Part shown: positions 9,316-18,530 of the stretch, one piece after another
Layout of the letters: each line of letters opens with the position of its first letter
How positions within the stretch are numbered: the first letter of the stretch is position 1
Assembly (NCBI GenBank): GCA_943367585.1
Contig: CALRJP020000015.1
Coordinates: 17,965-81,964 of the forward strand
Reading direction: 5' to 3'
DNA: 64,000 bases
DNA from: Rhizobium sp. Q54
Lineage (GTDB): Bacteria; Cyanobacteriota; Cyanobacteriia; PCC-6307; Cyanobiaceae
Made by a program: the position numbers and the translations under genes
The notes under the pieces: model-generated
Database searches by the model: none
What the model saw: only the letters and a program-made list of their open reading frames with translations
Told to the model about the DNA's origin: nothing

Positions 9316-10397
9316 CGCCATCCAGGAAGCGCAGGGTCTTCCCCTTCACCGCCATCGTCGGACAGGAGGAGATGAAGCTGGCGCTGCTGCTCAACGTGAT
9401 CGACCCCCGCATCGGCGGGGTGATGATCATGGGCGACCGGGGCACGGGCAAGTCCACCACCATCCGGGCCCTGGCCGATCTGCTGCCGGCGATCGATGTG
9501 GTGGCGGGGGACCCCTACAACAGTTCCCCGAGCGACCCCGACCTGCAGAGCAGCGAAGTGCGCCAGCGGGCCGAGCGGGGTGAGTCGCTGCCCGTGGAAG
9601 CCCGCCAGGTGCCGATGGTCGACCTGCCGCTGGGGGCCACCGAAGACCGCCTCTGCGGCACGATCGACATCGAGAAGGCCCTCAGCGAGGGCGTGCGCGC
9701 CTTCGAGCCCGGGCTCCTGGCCAAGGCCAACCGCGGCCTGCTCTACGTCGACGAGGTGAACCTGCTCGACGACCACCTGGTGGACGTGCTGCTGGATTCG
9801 GCCGCCTCGGGCTGGAACACGGTGGAGCGGGAGGGGGTGTCGGTGCGGCACCCGGCCCGCTTCGTGCTGATCGGCTCCGGCAACCCGGAGGAGGGCGAAC
9901 TGCGGCCCCAGCTGCTGGATCGCTTCGGCATGAGCGTGGAGGTGCGCACGGTGCGCGATCCCGAGCTGCGGGTGCAGGTGGTCGACCAGCGCACCAGCTT
10001 CGATGCCGACCCCGATAGCTTCAGCGACCGCCTGCAGAGCACCCAGGAGGCCCTGCAGGCCCGGGTGGTGGAGGCCCAGGAGCGTCTGCCCCAGGTGGCC
10101 ATCGACGACGAGCTGCGGGTGCGCATCTCGGCGGTCTGCGGCGAGCTGGACGTGGACGGCCTGCGGGGGGACATCGTCACCAACCGGGCGGCCCGCGCCC
10201 TGGCGGCCTTCGAGGGCCACCTGGAGGTGAGCGACGACGACGTGGCCCGGGTTGTGGCCTGCTGCCTGCGTCACCGTCTGCGCAAGGACCCCCTCGAGCA
10301 GATCGACTCCGGCGATCGGGTCGTGAAGATGTTCTGCAAGGTGTTCGACCGCCCCGAAGGCGACCGCTCCTCCTTCCAGCTGGCCCTGGCGGGGTGA
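9312..10397 (+). CDS. chlI: magnesium chelatase ATPase subunit I
   Basis: [40 protein letters not shown] (Walker A), with AAA+ ChlI-type sequence throughout. Confidence 0.97.
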   Translation: MTPSRKRRVFPFTAIVGQEEMKLALLLNVIDPRIGGVMIMGDRGTGKSTTIRALADLLPAIDVVAGDPYNSSPSDPDLQSSEVRQRAERGESLPVEARQVPMVDLPLGATEDRLCGTIDIEKALSEGVRAFEPGLLAKANRGLLYVDEVNLLDDHLVDVLLDSAASGWNTVEREGVSVRHPARFVLIGSGNPEEGELRPQLLDRFGMSVEVRTVRDPELRVQVVDQRTSFDADPDSFSDRLQSTQEALQARVVEAQERLPQVAIDDELRVRISAVCGELDVDGLRGDIVTNRAARALAAFEGHLEVSDDDVARVVACCLRHRLRKDPLEQIDSGDRVVKMFCKVFDRPEGDRSSFQLALAG

Positions 10398-10407
10398 GGA
10401 GCTCGGC

Positions 10408-10890
10408 GTGAGGATCCTTGGCATCGACCCCGGCCTGGCGCGCGTCGGCTACGGGGTGATCGATGTGGAGGCTCGCTCCGCCGCAGCCGCCGGCCACCAG
10501 CGCCTGCTCGACTGCGGCATGATCCGCACCGAACCCGGCCGCAGCGACGGGGATCGCATGGTGGAGATCGCCCGTGATCTGAGGGTGATCGTGCGCCGCT
10601 GGCGGCCCCAGCTGGCGGCGGTGGAGAAGTTCTTCTTCTACCGCTCCAGCACCACGATCGCGGTGGTGCAGGCCCGGGGGGTGGTGATGATGACCCTGGC
10701 CCGCTTCGCCATTCCGGTGGTGGAGTTCCCGCCGATGCAGATCAAGCTGGCCCTGGCGGGTTCCGGCCACGCCGAGAAGGACGAGGTGCTGGCGGCGGTG
10801 ATGCGGGAGCTGGATCTGGAGCACCCTCCCCGCCCCGACGATGCCGCCGACGCCCTGGCGGTGGCCTTGACCGGCTGGTTCCAGCGGTGA
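10408..10890 (+). CDS. ruvC: crossover junction endodeoxyribonuclease RuvC
   Basis: [19 protein letters not shown] plus conserved acidic residues and the C-terminal [10 protein letters not shown]. Confidence 0.93.
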   Translation: MRILGIDPGLARVGYGVIDVEARSAAAAGHQRLLDCGMIRTEPGRSDGDRMVEIARDLRVIVRRWRPQLAAVEKFFFYRSSTTIAVVQARGVVMMTLARFAIPVVEFPPMQIKLALAGSGHAEKDEVLAAVMRELDLEHPPRPDDAADALAVALTGWFQR

Positions 10891-11507
10891 ACGCGCCCGC
10901 CGGCGAAGGGACCTCCAAGGAGGAGCTGCGGCGGCTGTTCCGCCGGCGGCGGCGGGCGTGCCTGGCCGCCGCCGGCCCGGGGATCCTGGCGACGGCCCGA
11001 CGGCACCTGGACGGCCTGGTGGGGGGGCGCCAAGGGGATCTCGGGCTCTACTGGCCCCTGGGCAGCGAACCCGACCTGCGCCCCCTGGCGTCGGCCTGGG
11101 CGGGCCGACTGGCCCTGCCTGCGGTGGTCGGCGGTGCGCTGGTGTATCGGGCCTGGGTTCCGGGCGATCCCCTCGCCGACGACGCCTGCGGCATCCCCGC
11201 CCCGGTCGGGACGGCAGCGGGGCACCGGCACGGCCAGGACCGGTCGCCGGGGGCCATGGCCCTGCTGCTGGTGCCCGCCCTGGCGGTGGCCCCCTGCGGC
11301 CTGAGGCTGGGCTCGGGCGGTGGCTGGTACGACCGACTGCGGGCCGATCCCCAGTGGGCGGCGGTGCCGGCCCTGGCGATGCTCCCCGCCGCCTGCACAG
11401 GCGTGGCCCTGCCCCGGGATCCCTGGGACATCCCCTTCGACGGCTGGATCGATGAACGGGACTGCCACCTCACCGAAGCGGGGCGGCGGAAGATTGCAAC
11501 CTCTTAA
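10887..11507 (+). CDS. 5-formyltetrahydrofolate cyclo-ligase
   Basis: GSGGGWYDR motif and a size of about 200 aa. A GTGA overlap joins it to ruvC. Confidence 0.75.
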   Translation: MNAPAGEGTSKEELRRLFRRRRRACLAAAGPGILATARRHLDGLVGGRQGDLGLYWPLGSEPDLRPLASAWAGRLALPAVVGGALVYRAWVPGDPLADDACGIPAPVGTAAGHRHGQDRSPGAMALLLVPALAVAPCGLRLGSGGGWYDRLRADPQWAAVPALAMLPAACTGVALPRDPWDIPFDGWIDERDCHLTEAGRRKIATS

Positions 11508-11567
11508 CGAAGGCGCCGCCATCGGGCCAATCCCCCGTTCGTTTGCCAGGATCGGCGCAGTGCATCC

Positions 11568-11753
11568 GTGCCGTCCTTGGATTCGATCCTCTCGTCGCTC
11601 CAGAACCGTCCCCTGACGGCCGCCGAGCGGGTGATGACCTCCGAGATCCAGGGCCGTGGCGCCTCCAGCGATGCCCTCTCGATGATGGTCAGCTCGGTCG
11701 CCAGGATGGTGCAGGCGGGCAAAAGCAGCGATAGTCGTTGGAAATCCAACTGA
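11568..11753 (+). CDS. small hypothetical protein (61 aa)
   Basis: Only the ORF and strongly GC-biased third codon positions support it. No recognisable motif. Confidence 0.4.
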   Translation: MPSLDSILSSLQNRPLTAAERVMTSEIQGRGASSDALSMMVSSVARMVQAGKSSDSRWKSN

Positions 11754-11760
11754 CCCGCGG

Positions 11761-12234
11761 ATGAAGCCCTTCCTTCTTTCCGGGCTGATCGGCCTGGCTT
11801 CCCTCGTGCTGGCCCCTGGCCAGGTGAGAGCCCACGCCATTGAGAGCAGCCTGGAGCGCCTCACCAGCCTGAGCAACTCGCTGCGTCTGGAAAGTCAGTT
11901 CTCCAGCGGCCAGCCGGCCAGCGATGCCGCGGTCCGCATCGTGCCGCCCGATGGCGGCACCCCGATCGAACTGGGGCGCACCGGCGCCGACGGAAGCATC
12001 GTCTTCACCCTGCCTCCCCAGGCCAGCCGCCAGTGGGAGGTGCAGGTGGATGCGGGCCCCGGCCATCGGGATTACCTCGAACTGCCGGAACCCACCGCCA
12101 CCCCAGCGGCCCCCGCACGGGTGAGCCGCTCCCATCCCTACCCTCGGGTTGAGGGTTGGGCCCTGGTGACCCCCCTCGGCGTGCTCGCCGTGGCCGGACT
12201 GGCCGGGATGCTGCGGACGCGCCGCCCGTCCTGA
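11761..12234 (+). CDS. secreted/C-terminally anchored hypothetical protein
   Basis: Signal peptide (LIGLASLVLAPGQVRA), a beta-rich middle and a C-terminal TM helix followed by RTRR. Confidence 0.6.
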   Translation: MKPFLLSGLIGLASLVLAPGQVRAHAIESSLERLTSLSNSLRLESQFSSGQPASDAAVRIVPPDGGTPIELGRTGADGSIVFTLPPQASRQWEVQVDAGPGHRDYLELPEPTATPAAPARVSRSHPYPRVEGWALVTPLGVLAVAGLAGMLRTRRPS

Positions 12235-12243
12235 GTCCCCTCC

Positions 12244-12672
12244 TTGTCGTCCATGGCCACCGGCAGCCCCGCCCTCGATCGGATCGTGGAACGCCTGGGC
12301 AGCACCAGCGACCCGCGCCGCCGGTATGAGTACGTGCTCTGGCTGGCCAAGAAGCTGGAGCCCTTTCCCGACGACCTTCGCCTGGACGCTTTCAAGGTCA
12401 AGGGCTGTGTGTCACAGGTCTACGTGGTGGGCAGCCTGGAGGAGGGCCGGCTCCACTGGCGCGGTGATTCCGATGCCCAGATCACCAAGGGCCTGCTGGC
12501 CCTGCTGATGGAGGGTCTGGAGGGCCTGACCCCGGCCGAGGCCACCGCCCTGGATCCCTCCTTCATCGCCGCGACGGGCCTCCAGGCGAGCCTGACACCG
12601 TCGCGGGCCAACGGTTTTCTCAACATCCTGCGCACCATGCAGGCCCAGGCCAGCCAGCTGGACGCCGGTTGA
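12244..12672 (+). CDS. sufE: SufE-like cysteine desulfuration protein
   Basis: Conserved Cys motif KVKGCVSQVYV and a size of about 140 aa. The alternative ATG is at 12253. Confidence 0.88.
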   Translation: MSSMATGSPALDRIVERLGSTSDPRRRYEYVLWLAKKLEPFPDDLRLDAFKVKGCVSQVYVVGSLEEGRLHWRGDSDAQITKGLLALLMEGLEGLTPAEATALDPSFIAATGLQASLTPSRANGFLNILRTMQAQASQLDAG

Positions 12673-12705
12673 TTTCTAGGATGGTGGTTTGTGGGGTTGC
12701 AGCCC

Positions 12706-14028
12706 ATGGCCATCGGCATCGGCATCGGCTTGCTCGGGCTGGGCACGGTGGGGAGCGGTGTGGCGGCGATCCTGGCCAGTCCCCAGGGCCGCCATCCCCT
12801 GGTCGGCGACCTGGTGCTCGAAAGGGTGGCCGTGCGCGACCTCAGCCGCCCCCGCCCGCTGACCCTGCCCCCGGAGCGCCTCACCACCGACCCCGAGGCG
12901 GTGATCGACGATCCGGCGGTGGACATCGTCGTGGAGGTGATGGGGGGGCTGGAGCCGGCCCGCAGCCTGATCCTGCGCGCCATCGCCGCCGGCAAACCCG
13001 TGGTCACGGCCAACAAGGCCGTGATCGCCCGCTACGGCCAGGAGATCGCCGCCGCCGCCGCCAGCCAGGGCGTGTACGTGCTGATCGAGGCGGCCGTGGG
13101 CGGCGGCATCCCGATCATCGAGCCGATCAAGCAGTCGCTGGGCGGCAACCGCATCCAGCGGGTCAGCGGCATCATCAACGGCACCACCAACTACATCCTC
13201 AGCCGCATGGCCGATGAGGGGGCGGCCTATGCCGAGGTGCTGGCCGACGCCCAGCGGCTGGGCTACGCCGAGGCCGATCCCGCCGCCGATGTACAGGGGG
13301 GAGATGCGGCCGACAAGATCGCCATCCTGGCCGGGCTGGCCTACGGCGGGCCGGTGGAGCGGGCGGGGATCGCCACCGAAGGCATCGACCGGCTCGACGC
13401 CCGCGACGTGGCCTACGCCGCCCAGCTGGGCTTTGTGGTGAAGCTGCTGGCGGTGGCCGAACGGGTTCAGGACGACGCTCCGGCCGGGCCGCCGGACGGG
13501 GTGTCCCTGGACGTGCGCGTGCATCCCACCCTGCTGCCGAAGCACCATCCCCTGGCGGGGGTCCATGGCGTCAACAACGCCATCCTGGTGGAGGGGGATC
13601 CGGTCGGGCAGGTGATGTTCTTCGGCCCCGGGGCCGGGGCGGGTCCCACCGCTTCAGCGGTGGTGGCCGACATCCTCAACATCGCCGGCATCCGCCAGGT
13701 GGGCGGACCCCAGGCCGGCCTGGATCCCCTGCTGGCCGCCAGCAGCTGGCGCCACTGCACCCTGGTCGACGGCTCCCTCAGCAGGCACCGCAACTACGTC
13801 CGGCTCAGCACCCGAGACGAAGCGGGGGTGATCGGCCGCATCGGCACCTGTTTCGGGGCGGCCGAGGTGTCGATCCAGTCGATCGTGCAGCTGGACGCCA
13901 GGCAGGGGGAGGCGGAGATCGTTGTGATCACCCATGAGGTGCGGGAAGACCGGTTCCGGGAGGCCCTGGCCGCGATCGAGGCCCTGGAGGGGGTGGAGCG
14001 GGTGGCCGCCTGCCTGCGGACCCTCTGA
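12706..14028 (+). CDS. hom: homoserine dehydrogenase
   Basis: NAD-binding GLLGLGTVGSGV, a catalytic domain and a C-terminal ACT-like domain. ATG 12706 is preferred; the track start is GTG 12691. Confidence 0.93.
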   Translation: MAIGIGIGLLGLGTVGSGVAAILASPQGRHPLVGDLVLERVAVRDLSRPRPLTLPPERLTTDPEAVIDDPAVDIVVEVMGGLEPARSLILRAIAAGKPVVTANKAVIARYGQEIAAAAASQGVYVLIEAAVGGGIPIIEPIKQSLGGNRIQRVSGIINGTTNYILSRMADEGAAYAEVLADAQRLGYAEADPAADVQGGDAADKIAILAGLAYGGPVERAGIATEGIDRLDARDVAYAAQLGFVVKLLAVAERVQDDAPAGPPDGVSLDVRVHPTLLPKHHPLAGVHGVNNAILVEGDPVGQVMFFGPGAGAGPTASAVVADILNIAGIRQVGGPQAGLDPLLAASSWRHCTLVDGSLSRHRNYVRLSTRDEAGVIGRIGTCFGAAEVSIQSIVQLDARQGEAEIVVITHEVREDRFREALAAIEALEGVERVAACLRTL

Positions 14029-14052
14029 GCCTGGGCTGAACCGACCGGCCGC

Positions 14053-14868
14053 TCAGCGCCCCAGGCGCAGCCGCCGCCTCAGGCGGCGGCTGCAACGGAA
14101 GGCAACGGCCACGCCGGCCAGGGGCAGCGGGCCGGGCACCGAGGCCGGATCGGGCCCCACAGCGCCGGGCCCGTCCCCAGGCCCACCGGGCTGCGGATCG
14201 GAGGGCGCCCCAGGGGGGGGCACGCTGCCCTCGGGCAACAGGGCGGTTTCAAACACATCCCCACCTTTCCCGGGGGCGGGATCCTCACCGGCGGGCTCGG
14301 CGGCGATGGCGAGATCCGGGGCCTCGGCAGGGGAACCGGCCGGTTCGGAAGCAGCGGCGGGAACGATGCGGAACGGCACGGACTCGCCGGTGGCGCCGTT
14401 GAACACATCGTCGAACAGGGTGCCGGCCTGCCAGGTGAACCGGGCCGGCGGGGTGGAGGCCGTGCCGGCCCAGCGGAAGGCCAGGGGACGGCTCAACCGG
14501 AACAGGCCGCCGCCGCCGGCGGTGCCGGAGCGAGCCAGAAAGACGCCGGCCGGCACCACAAAGCCGTCAAGGCTCACCTCGTAGGAGACGGCGCTGTACT
14601 GGAAGGGCGGCACGACCAGGCCGGTGATGGGGTTGGCCAGGCCGATCCCACCGGCCCCGACCAGATACTCAGGTGAAGCACCGAATCCCGGAACCAGAAG
14701 CTCGCGCAGCTCCTGAAGGGATTCCAGGCTTTCGTAGGGATCGCTGCCCACGGCAGGAGCCGCGGTGCTGGCCACCAGGCAACTGAGCAGCACCAGGGGA
14801 GGATACAGGTGGACGGAGGGGCGGAAACGCCCCAGAGAGAGGGCACCGAGGGTGAAGGGGCGCGCCAT
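14053..14868 (-). CDS. secreted hypothetical protein with PEP-CTERM-like C-terminal sorting signal
   Basis: N-terminal signal peptide. The C-terminus is ...SVPGPLPLAGVAVAFRCSRRLRRRLRLGR, i.e. a VPxP motif, a hydrophobic helix and an Arg cluster. Confidence 0.65.
   Translation of the reverse strand: MARPFTLGALSLGRFRPSVHLYPPLVLLSCLVASTAAPAVGSDPYESLESLQELRELLVPGFGASPEYLVGAGGIGLANPITGLVVPPFQYSAVSYEVSLDGFVVPAGVFLARSGTAGGGGLFRLSRPLAFRWAGTASTPPARFTWQAGTLFDDVFNGATGESVPFRIVPAAASEPAGSPAEAPDLAIAAEPAGEDPAPGKGGDVFETALLPEGSVPPPGAPSDPQPGGPGDGPGAVGPDPASVPGPLPLAGVAVAFRCSRRLRRRLRLGR
14067..14093 (+). terminator. perfect 12-bp hairpin downstream of hom, inside the 3' end of the convergent gene
   Basis: GCAGCCGCCGCC-tca-GGCGGCGGCTGC lies 39 nt after the hom stop. 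There is no T-run, so terminator function is speculative. Confidence 0.3.
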
Positions 14869-14875
14869 GAAGGGC

Positions 14876-14931
14876 TAAGGAGGTTTCACCAATCTATCAG
14901 GTGACATTCAGGATGTACGGAGTCCTCCTTA
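14876..14931 (-). promoter_or_regulatory. leader inverted repeat pairing a perfect SD (UAAGGAGG) with an anti-SD mimic (CCUCCUUA)
   Basis: TAAGGAGG at 14876-14883 and CCTCCTTA at 14924-14931 form an 8-bp inverted repeat. In the minus-strand mRNA, CCUCCUUA ends 7 nt before the AUG at 14868. Confidence 0.35.
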
Positions 14932-15049
14932 AGCCACCCTGGGAACGCTTCGGTGGCCCATTCCCTCGGCGCCCCTGACGGCGCCGGTCGGCCCCCCTAA
15001 GGTCTGGGCCGCTGGCCTGGCCTCACCTCCCTCCCCGCAACGACCACGG

Positions 15050-15832
15050 ATGCCCGACCACTTCGCCAGTCGTGAGGACCACATCGCCAGCTTCGGCCGC
15101 CTGTTCGCCTGGGGCGGCGGCGGGCTGCTGCTGGTGTTTCTGGCGTTCGTGCTGGTCGATTCCCTGCCCCTCCAACTGCTCAATCCGGCCTGGCAGCTGC
15201 GGTTCACCAACCGCATGATCAACACCTCCCTGCTGGCCCTGCTGGGGTTTCTGCTGCTGCACCTGGGGCTCTACATCGAACCCGCCAACGGCTTCCTGCG
15301 GGCGCAGCTGGCCATCGCCCGCCAGTGGGCCATCGTCGTGGCGGTGGCCTTCCTGCTGCTGGTGCCCCTGCAGGGTTTCGCCACCTGGCGGGTCCTCTCC
15401 CAGGCCCAGGGCACCCAGGCGATGCAGCGCACCCTGCTCGGCGAGCGGGTGACGATGATCCGCCAGGCCATCGAAGCCGCCACCAGCCCGGAAGACCTGC
15501 AGGCCCGTTTCTCCCGGCTGCAGGGCCCCCGCCCCCAGCTGCCGGCGGCGGCCCTTGGCCTCCCCCTCGGCGAATTGAAGCGCAACCTGCTGGATGAACT
15601 CCAGAGGACCGAGACCCGCGCCACCAGCCGGATCGGCGGCCCCGCCCCCACCGACGTCTGGGCCCTCGGCCAGGGGGTGGCCAGGGTCAGCATCGCCTCG
15701 CTCGGCTTCGCCATGGCCTTCGCCGCCGGGGCCCAGCGACCGGGGGCCTCCCTCACCCTGCTCCAGCAGGTGGGCAGGCGGGTGGAGATCCTGCTGGGGC
15801 GACGGCCGAAGCCCAACCGACGCGCCCCCTGA
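15050..15832 (+). CDS. conserved integral membrane hypothetical protein
   Basis: Three to four predicted TM helices in the N-terminal half, a soluble helical region and coding-like GC3. Confidence 0.6.
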   Translation: MPDHFASREDHIASFGRLFAWGGGGLLLVFLAFVLVDSLPLQLLNPAWQLRFTNRMINTSLLALLGFLLLHLGLYIEPANGFLRAQLAIARQWAIVVAVAFLLLVPLQGFATWRVLSQAQGTQAMQRTLLGERVTMIRQAIEAATSPEDLQARFSRLQGPRPQLPAAALGLPLGELKRNLLDELQRTETRATSRIGGPAPTDVWALGQGVARVSIASLGFAMAFAAGAQRPGASLTLLQQVGRRVEILLGRRPKPNRRAP

Positions 15833-15894
15833 CCACCGGCAGCGAACCTGCCGCGGCCCGGCCGCTTGAATGGGCCCCACCGGATCGCAAGGTC

Positions 15895-17511
15895 TTGCCG
15901 ACGACCAGGGGGAGAACGGGACGCCGACCTGCCGCGGTGGCGGCCAGCCTGCTGCTGGCTATGCCGCTGCTGGGGGCCTGTCAGCCGACCCGTTCCGGCC
16001 GATCGCTGATCGTGGCCACCAAGAGCCGCATCGATTCCCTCGATCCGGTGCAGGCCTCCCGGATCGGGGTGATGCAGGTGCTCAGCGGCCTCGGCGACCC
16101 GCTCTATGCCATCGACGCCAGCGGCCGCCTTGAGCCGCGGTTGGCCACGGCCCTGCCGGTGCTGAGCCCCGATGGGCTGCGGGCCCGCATCCCCCTGCGC
16201 CGAGGGGTGCTCTTCCACGACGGGACCCCCTTCGATGCCGCCGCCATGGCCTTCTCCCTGCGGCGCTTCATGGCGATCGGCACCCTCGGCTACCAGCTGG
16301 GCGAACGGGTCGAGAGCGTGCGGGTCACCGCCCCCCATGAGATCGAGCTGGTGCTGAAGCGCCCCTTCAGCCCGTTGCCGCGGCTGCTCAGCGCCATCTT
16401 CCTGACCCCGGTGTCCCCCACCGCGTACCGGCAACACCGGGACAAGCCCCTGAACGACCGCTTCGTCGGCACGGGGCCCTACGCCCTGGCCTTCTTCGGC
16501 GGTCAGCAGCAGCGGCTCGTGCCCTGGTCCCGGTACTGGGGGAAGCGCCCGGCCAACGCGGGCATCGACCTGGTGACCCTGAGCAACTCCACCGCCCTGT
16601 TCGGGGCCCTGCGCAGCGGCGAGGTGGACCTGCTGCTCAACAGCGGTCTGGAGATCGACCATCAGCAGGCCCTGCACCGGGACGCCGCGGCCGGCCGCCT
16701 GCGGGAGGCCATCGGCCCCTCCCAGGAAATCAGCCTGGTGTCGTTGCTGAGCGACCAGCCGCCGCTGAACCGGCCCGGCCTGCGCCAGGCCGTGGCCCGC
16801 AGCCTCGATCGGGCCACCATCGTGCGGCGGGTAACCCTGGGGCTGCGCTCCCCCCAGCGGCAGCTGGTCCCCCCTGGCCTGCCGGGCTCCGATCCCACGG
16901 CCTGGCCGGCCTACGACCCCGCCGGGGCCCGCGCCCTCTACCGCCAGGCCGGGTACTGCGGCGGCCGGGTGCTCACCCTGCCGTTCACCTACCGCTCCGA
17001 CATCCCCACCGACCGGCTGTTCGCCCTCACCTGGCAGGCCCAGCTGCGCCGGGACCTGGGCGACTGCGTGAAGCTCGACGTGAGTGGCATGGAGTCGACC
17101 ACCGCCTACTCCCAGCTCGACAAAGGGGCCCTGACGATGCTCTTCTACGACTGGATCGGCGACTACCCCGATGCGGAGAACTTCCTGATGCCCCTGCTGT
17201 CCTGCAGCAAGGCCGAGGGGTACCGCTGTCTCAAGGGCAACAGCGTGCTGGGCGGCACCTTCTGGACCGCCCCGGGGCTGGAGGAGGAGCTGCAGCGCAG
17301 CAGCCAGCTGGACGGCCCCGAACGGGTCGCGCTGCTGGTGGCCATCCAGCGCCGCGTCGCCGCCGCCAGCCCCTACCTGCCGGTGTGGCTCAGTGCCCCA
17401 GCGGCCTGGGGCGCTCTGGGCGTCAGCCAGCCCCGCTTCGACGGGTCCGGCCGGGTGCAACTGGGTGAGCTGCGCCGTCTCCCCGCCGCCGCCGCGGACC
17501 GGAGGCCATGA
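15895..17511 (+). CDS. ABC transporter substrate-binding protein, family 5 (peptide/nickel type)
   Basis: Lipoprotein-like signal (LLLAMPLLGAC), about 540 aa, with SBP_bac_5-like sequence. Confidence 0.85.
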   Translation: MPTTRGRTGRRPAAVAASLLLAMPLLGACQPTRSGRSLIVATKSRIDSLDPVQASRIGVMQVLSGLGDPLYAIDASGRLEPRLATALPVLSPDGLRARIPLRRGVLFHDGTPFDAAAMAFSLRRFMAIGTLGYQLGERVESVRVTAPHEIELVLKRPFSPLPRLLSAIFLTPVSPTAYRQHRDKPLNDRFVGTGPYALAFFGGQQQRLVPWSRYWGKRPANAGIDLVTLSNSTALFGALRSGEVDLLLNSGLEIDHQQALHRDAAAGRLREAIGPSQEISLVSLLSDQPPLNRPGLRQAVARSLDRATIVRRVTLGLRSPQRQLVPPGLPGSDPTAWPAYDPAGARALYRQAGYCGGRVLTLPFTYRSDIPTDRLFALTWQAQLRRDLGDCVKLDVSGMESTTAYSQLDKGALTMLFYDWIGDYPDAENFLMPLLSCSKAEGYRCLKGNSVLGGTFWTAPGLEEELQRSSQLDGPERVALLVAIQRRVAAASPYLPVWLSAPAAWGALGVSQPRFDGSGRVQLGELRRLPAAAADRRP

Positions 17512-18527
17512 GCCGCCGTTCCCACCTGGCGCGTTACCTGGCCTCCCGCCTGGCCCTGGCTCCGGTGATGCTCTGGCTGATCGCCTCGCTGGTGTTCCTG
17601 CTGCTGCGGGTGGCCCCCGGGGATCCGATCGACGCCCTGCTGGGCACCCGCGCCCCGGAGGCGGCCCGTGCCGCCCTGCGGGCCCAGCTCGGCCTGGATC
17701 TGCCCCTGGCCGAGCAGTACACCCGGTTCCTCGGCCATCTGCTGCGGGGCGACCTGGGCACGTCGCTCACCAACGGCGAACCGGTGACCGGCATCATCCA
17801 GGCCAGCCTGCCCGCCAGCCTGGAGCTCGGTGTGGTGGCCCTGGTGCTGGCCGCCGTGGTGGGGCTGGCGGTGGGTTTCAGCGGCATCGCCCGCCCCGAG
17901 GGGCGGCTCGATCTGGCCGGCCGGCTCTACGGCATCGGCACCTACGCCCTGCCCCCGTTCTGGGCGGCCATGGTGGTCCAGCTGGTGTTCGCCGTCTGGC
18001 TGGGCTGGCTGCCGGTGGGGGGGCGCTTCCCCGCCACCCTGATGCCGCCGCAGGGCACGGGGTTCTACCTGCTCGACAGCCTCCGGGCCGGCAACTGGGG
18101 CCAGCTGGTCGGCAGCCTGCGCCACCTGGCGCTGCCGGCGGCCACCCTGGGCCTGCTGCTGAGCGGCATCTTCACCAATGCCCTGCGGCTCAACCTGCGC
18201 CGTGCCCTCGGCTCCGACTACGTGGAGGCCGCCCGCAGCCGCGGCCTGAGCGAGCGGCGGGTGGTGCTGCACCACGCCCTGCCCAACGCCCTGCTGCCGG
18301 TCCTGACCATCACCGGCATCACGGTGGCCTCCCTGATCGGCGGCGCCCTGCTGATCGAGGTCACCTTCTCCTGGCCAGGGATCGCCTTCCGCCTGCAGGA
18401 GGCCATCAGCCAGCGGGACTACAACCTGGTTCAGGGCATCGTGGTGGTGGTGGCCGCCCTGGTGGTGCTGGTGACCGTTGCGGTGGACATGCTGGTGGCC
18501 CTGCTGGATCCACGCATCCGCTTCTGA
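17508..18527 (+). CDS. ABC transporter permease (DppB/OppB-like)
   Basis: An ATGA overlap with the SBP gene. N-terminus YLASRLALAPVMLWLIASLVFLLLRVAPGDP and an EAA-loop region (YVEAARSRGLSERRV). Confidence 0.88.
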   Translation: MSRRSHLARYLASRLALAPVMLWLIASLVFLLLRVAPGDPIDALLGTRAPEAARAALRAQLGLDLPLAEQYTRFLGHLLRGDLGTSLTNGEPVTGIIQASLPASLELGVVALVLAAVVGLAVGFSGIARPEGRLDLAGRLYGIGTYALPPFWAAMVVQLVFAVWLGWLPVGGRFPATLMPPQGTGFYLLDSLRAGNWGQLVGSLRHLALPAATLGLLLSGIFTNALRLNLRRALGSDYVEAARSRGLSERRVVLHHALPNALLPVLTITGITVASLIGGALLIEVTFSWPGIAFRLQEAISQRDYNLVQGIVVVVAALVVLVTVAVDMLVALLDPRIRF

Positions 18528-18530
18528 GGC

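Noticed and set aside
12090-12234. LELPEP followed by a TM helix and RTRR in the 11761..12234 protein, as a second PEP-CTERM candidate.
   Set aside because: About 25 residues separate PEP from the helix, unlike genuine PEP-CTERM signals where the helix follows almost immediately.
14885-14965. Possible micro-ORFs downstream of the plus-strand TAAGGAGGT (for example a 21-codon ATG ORF from 14913).
   Set aside because: The start codons are too far from the SD (17 nt or more), and the peptides are short with no coding signal. The SD/anti-SD pairing interpretation is preferred.
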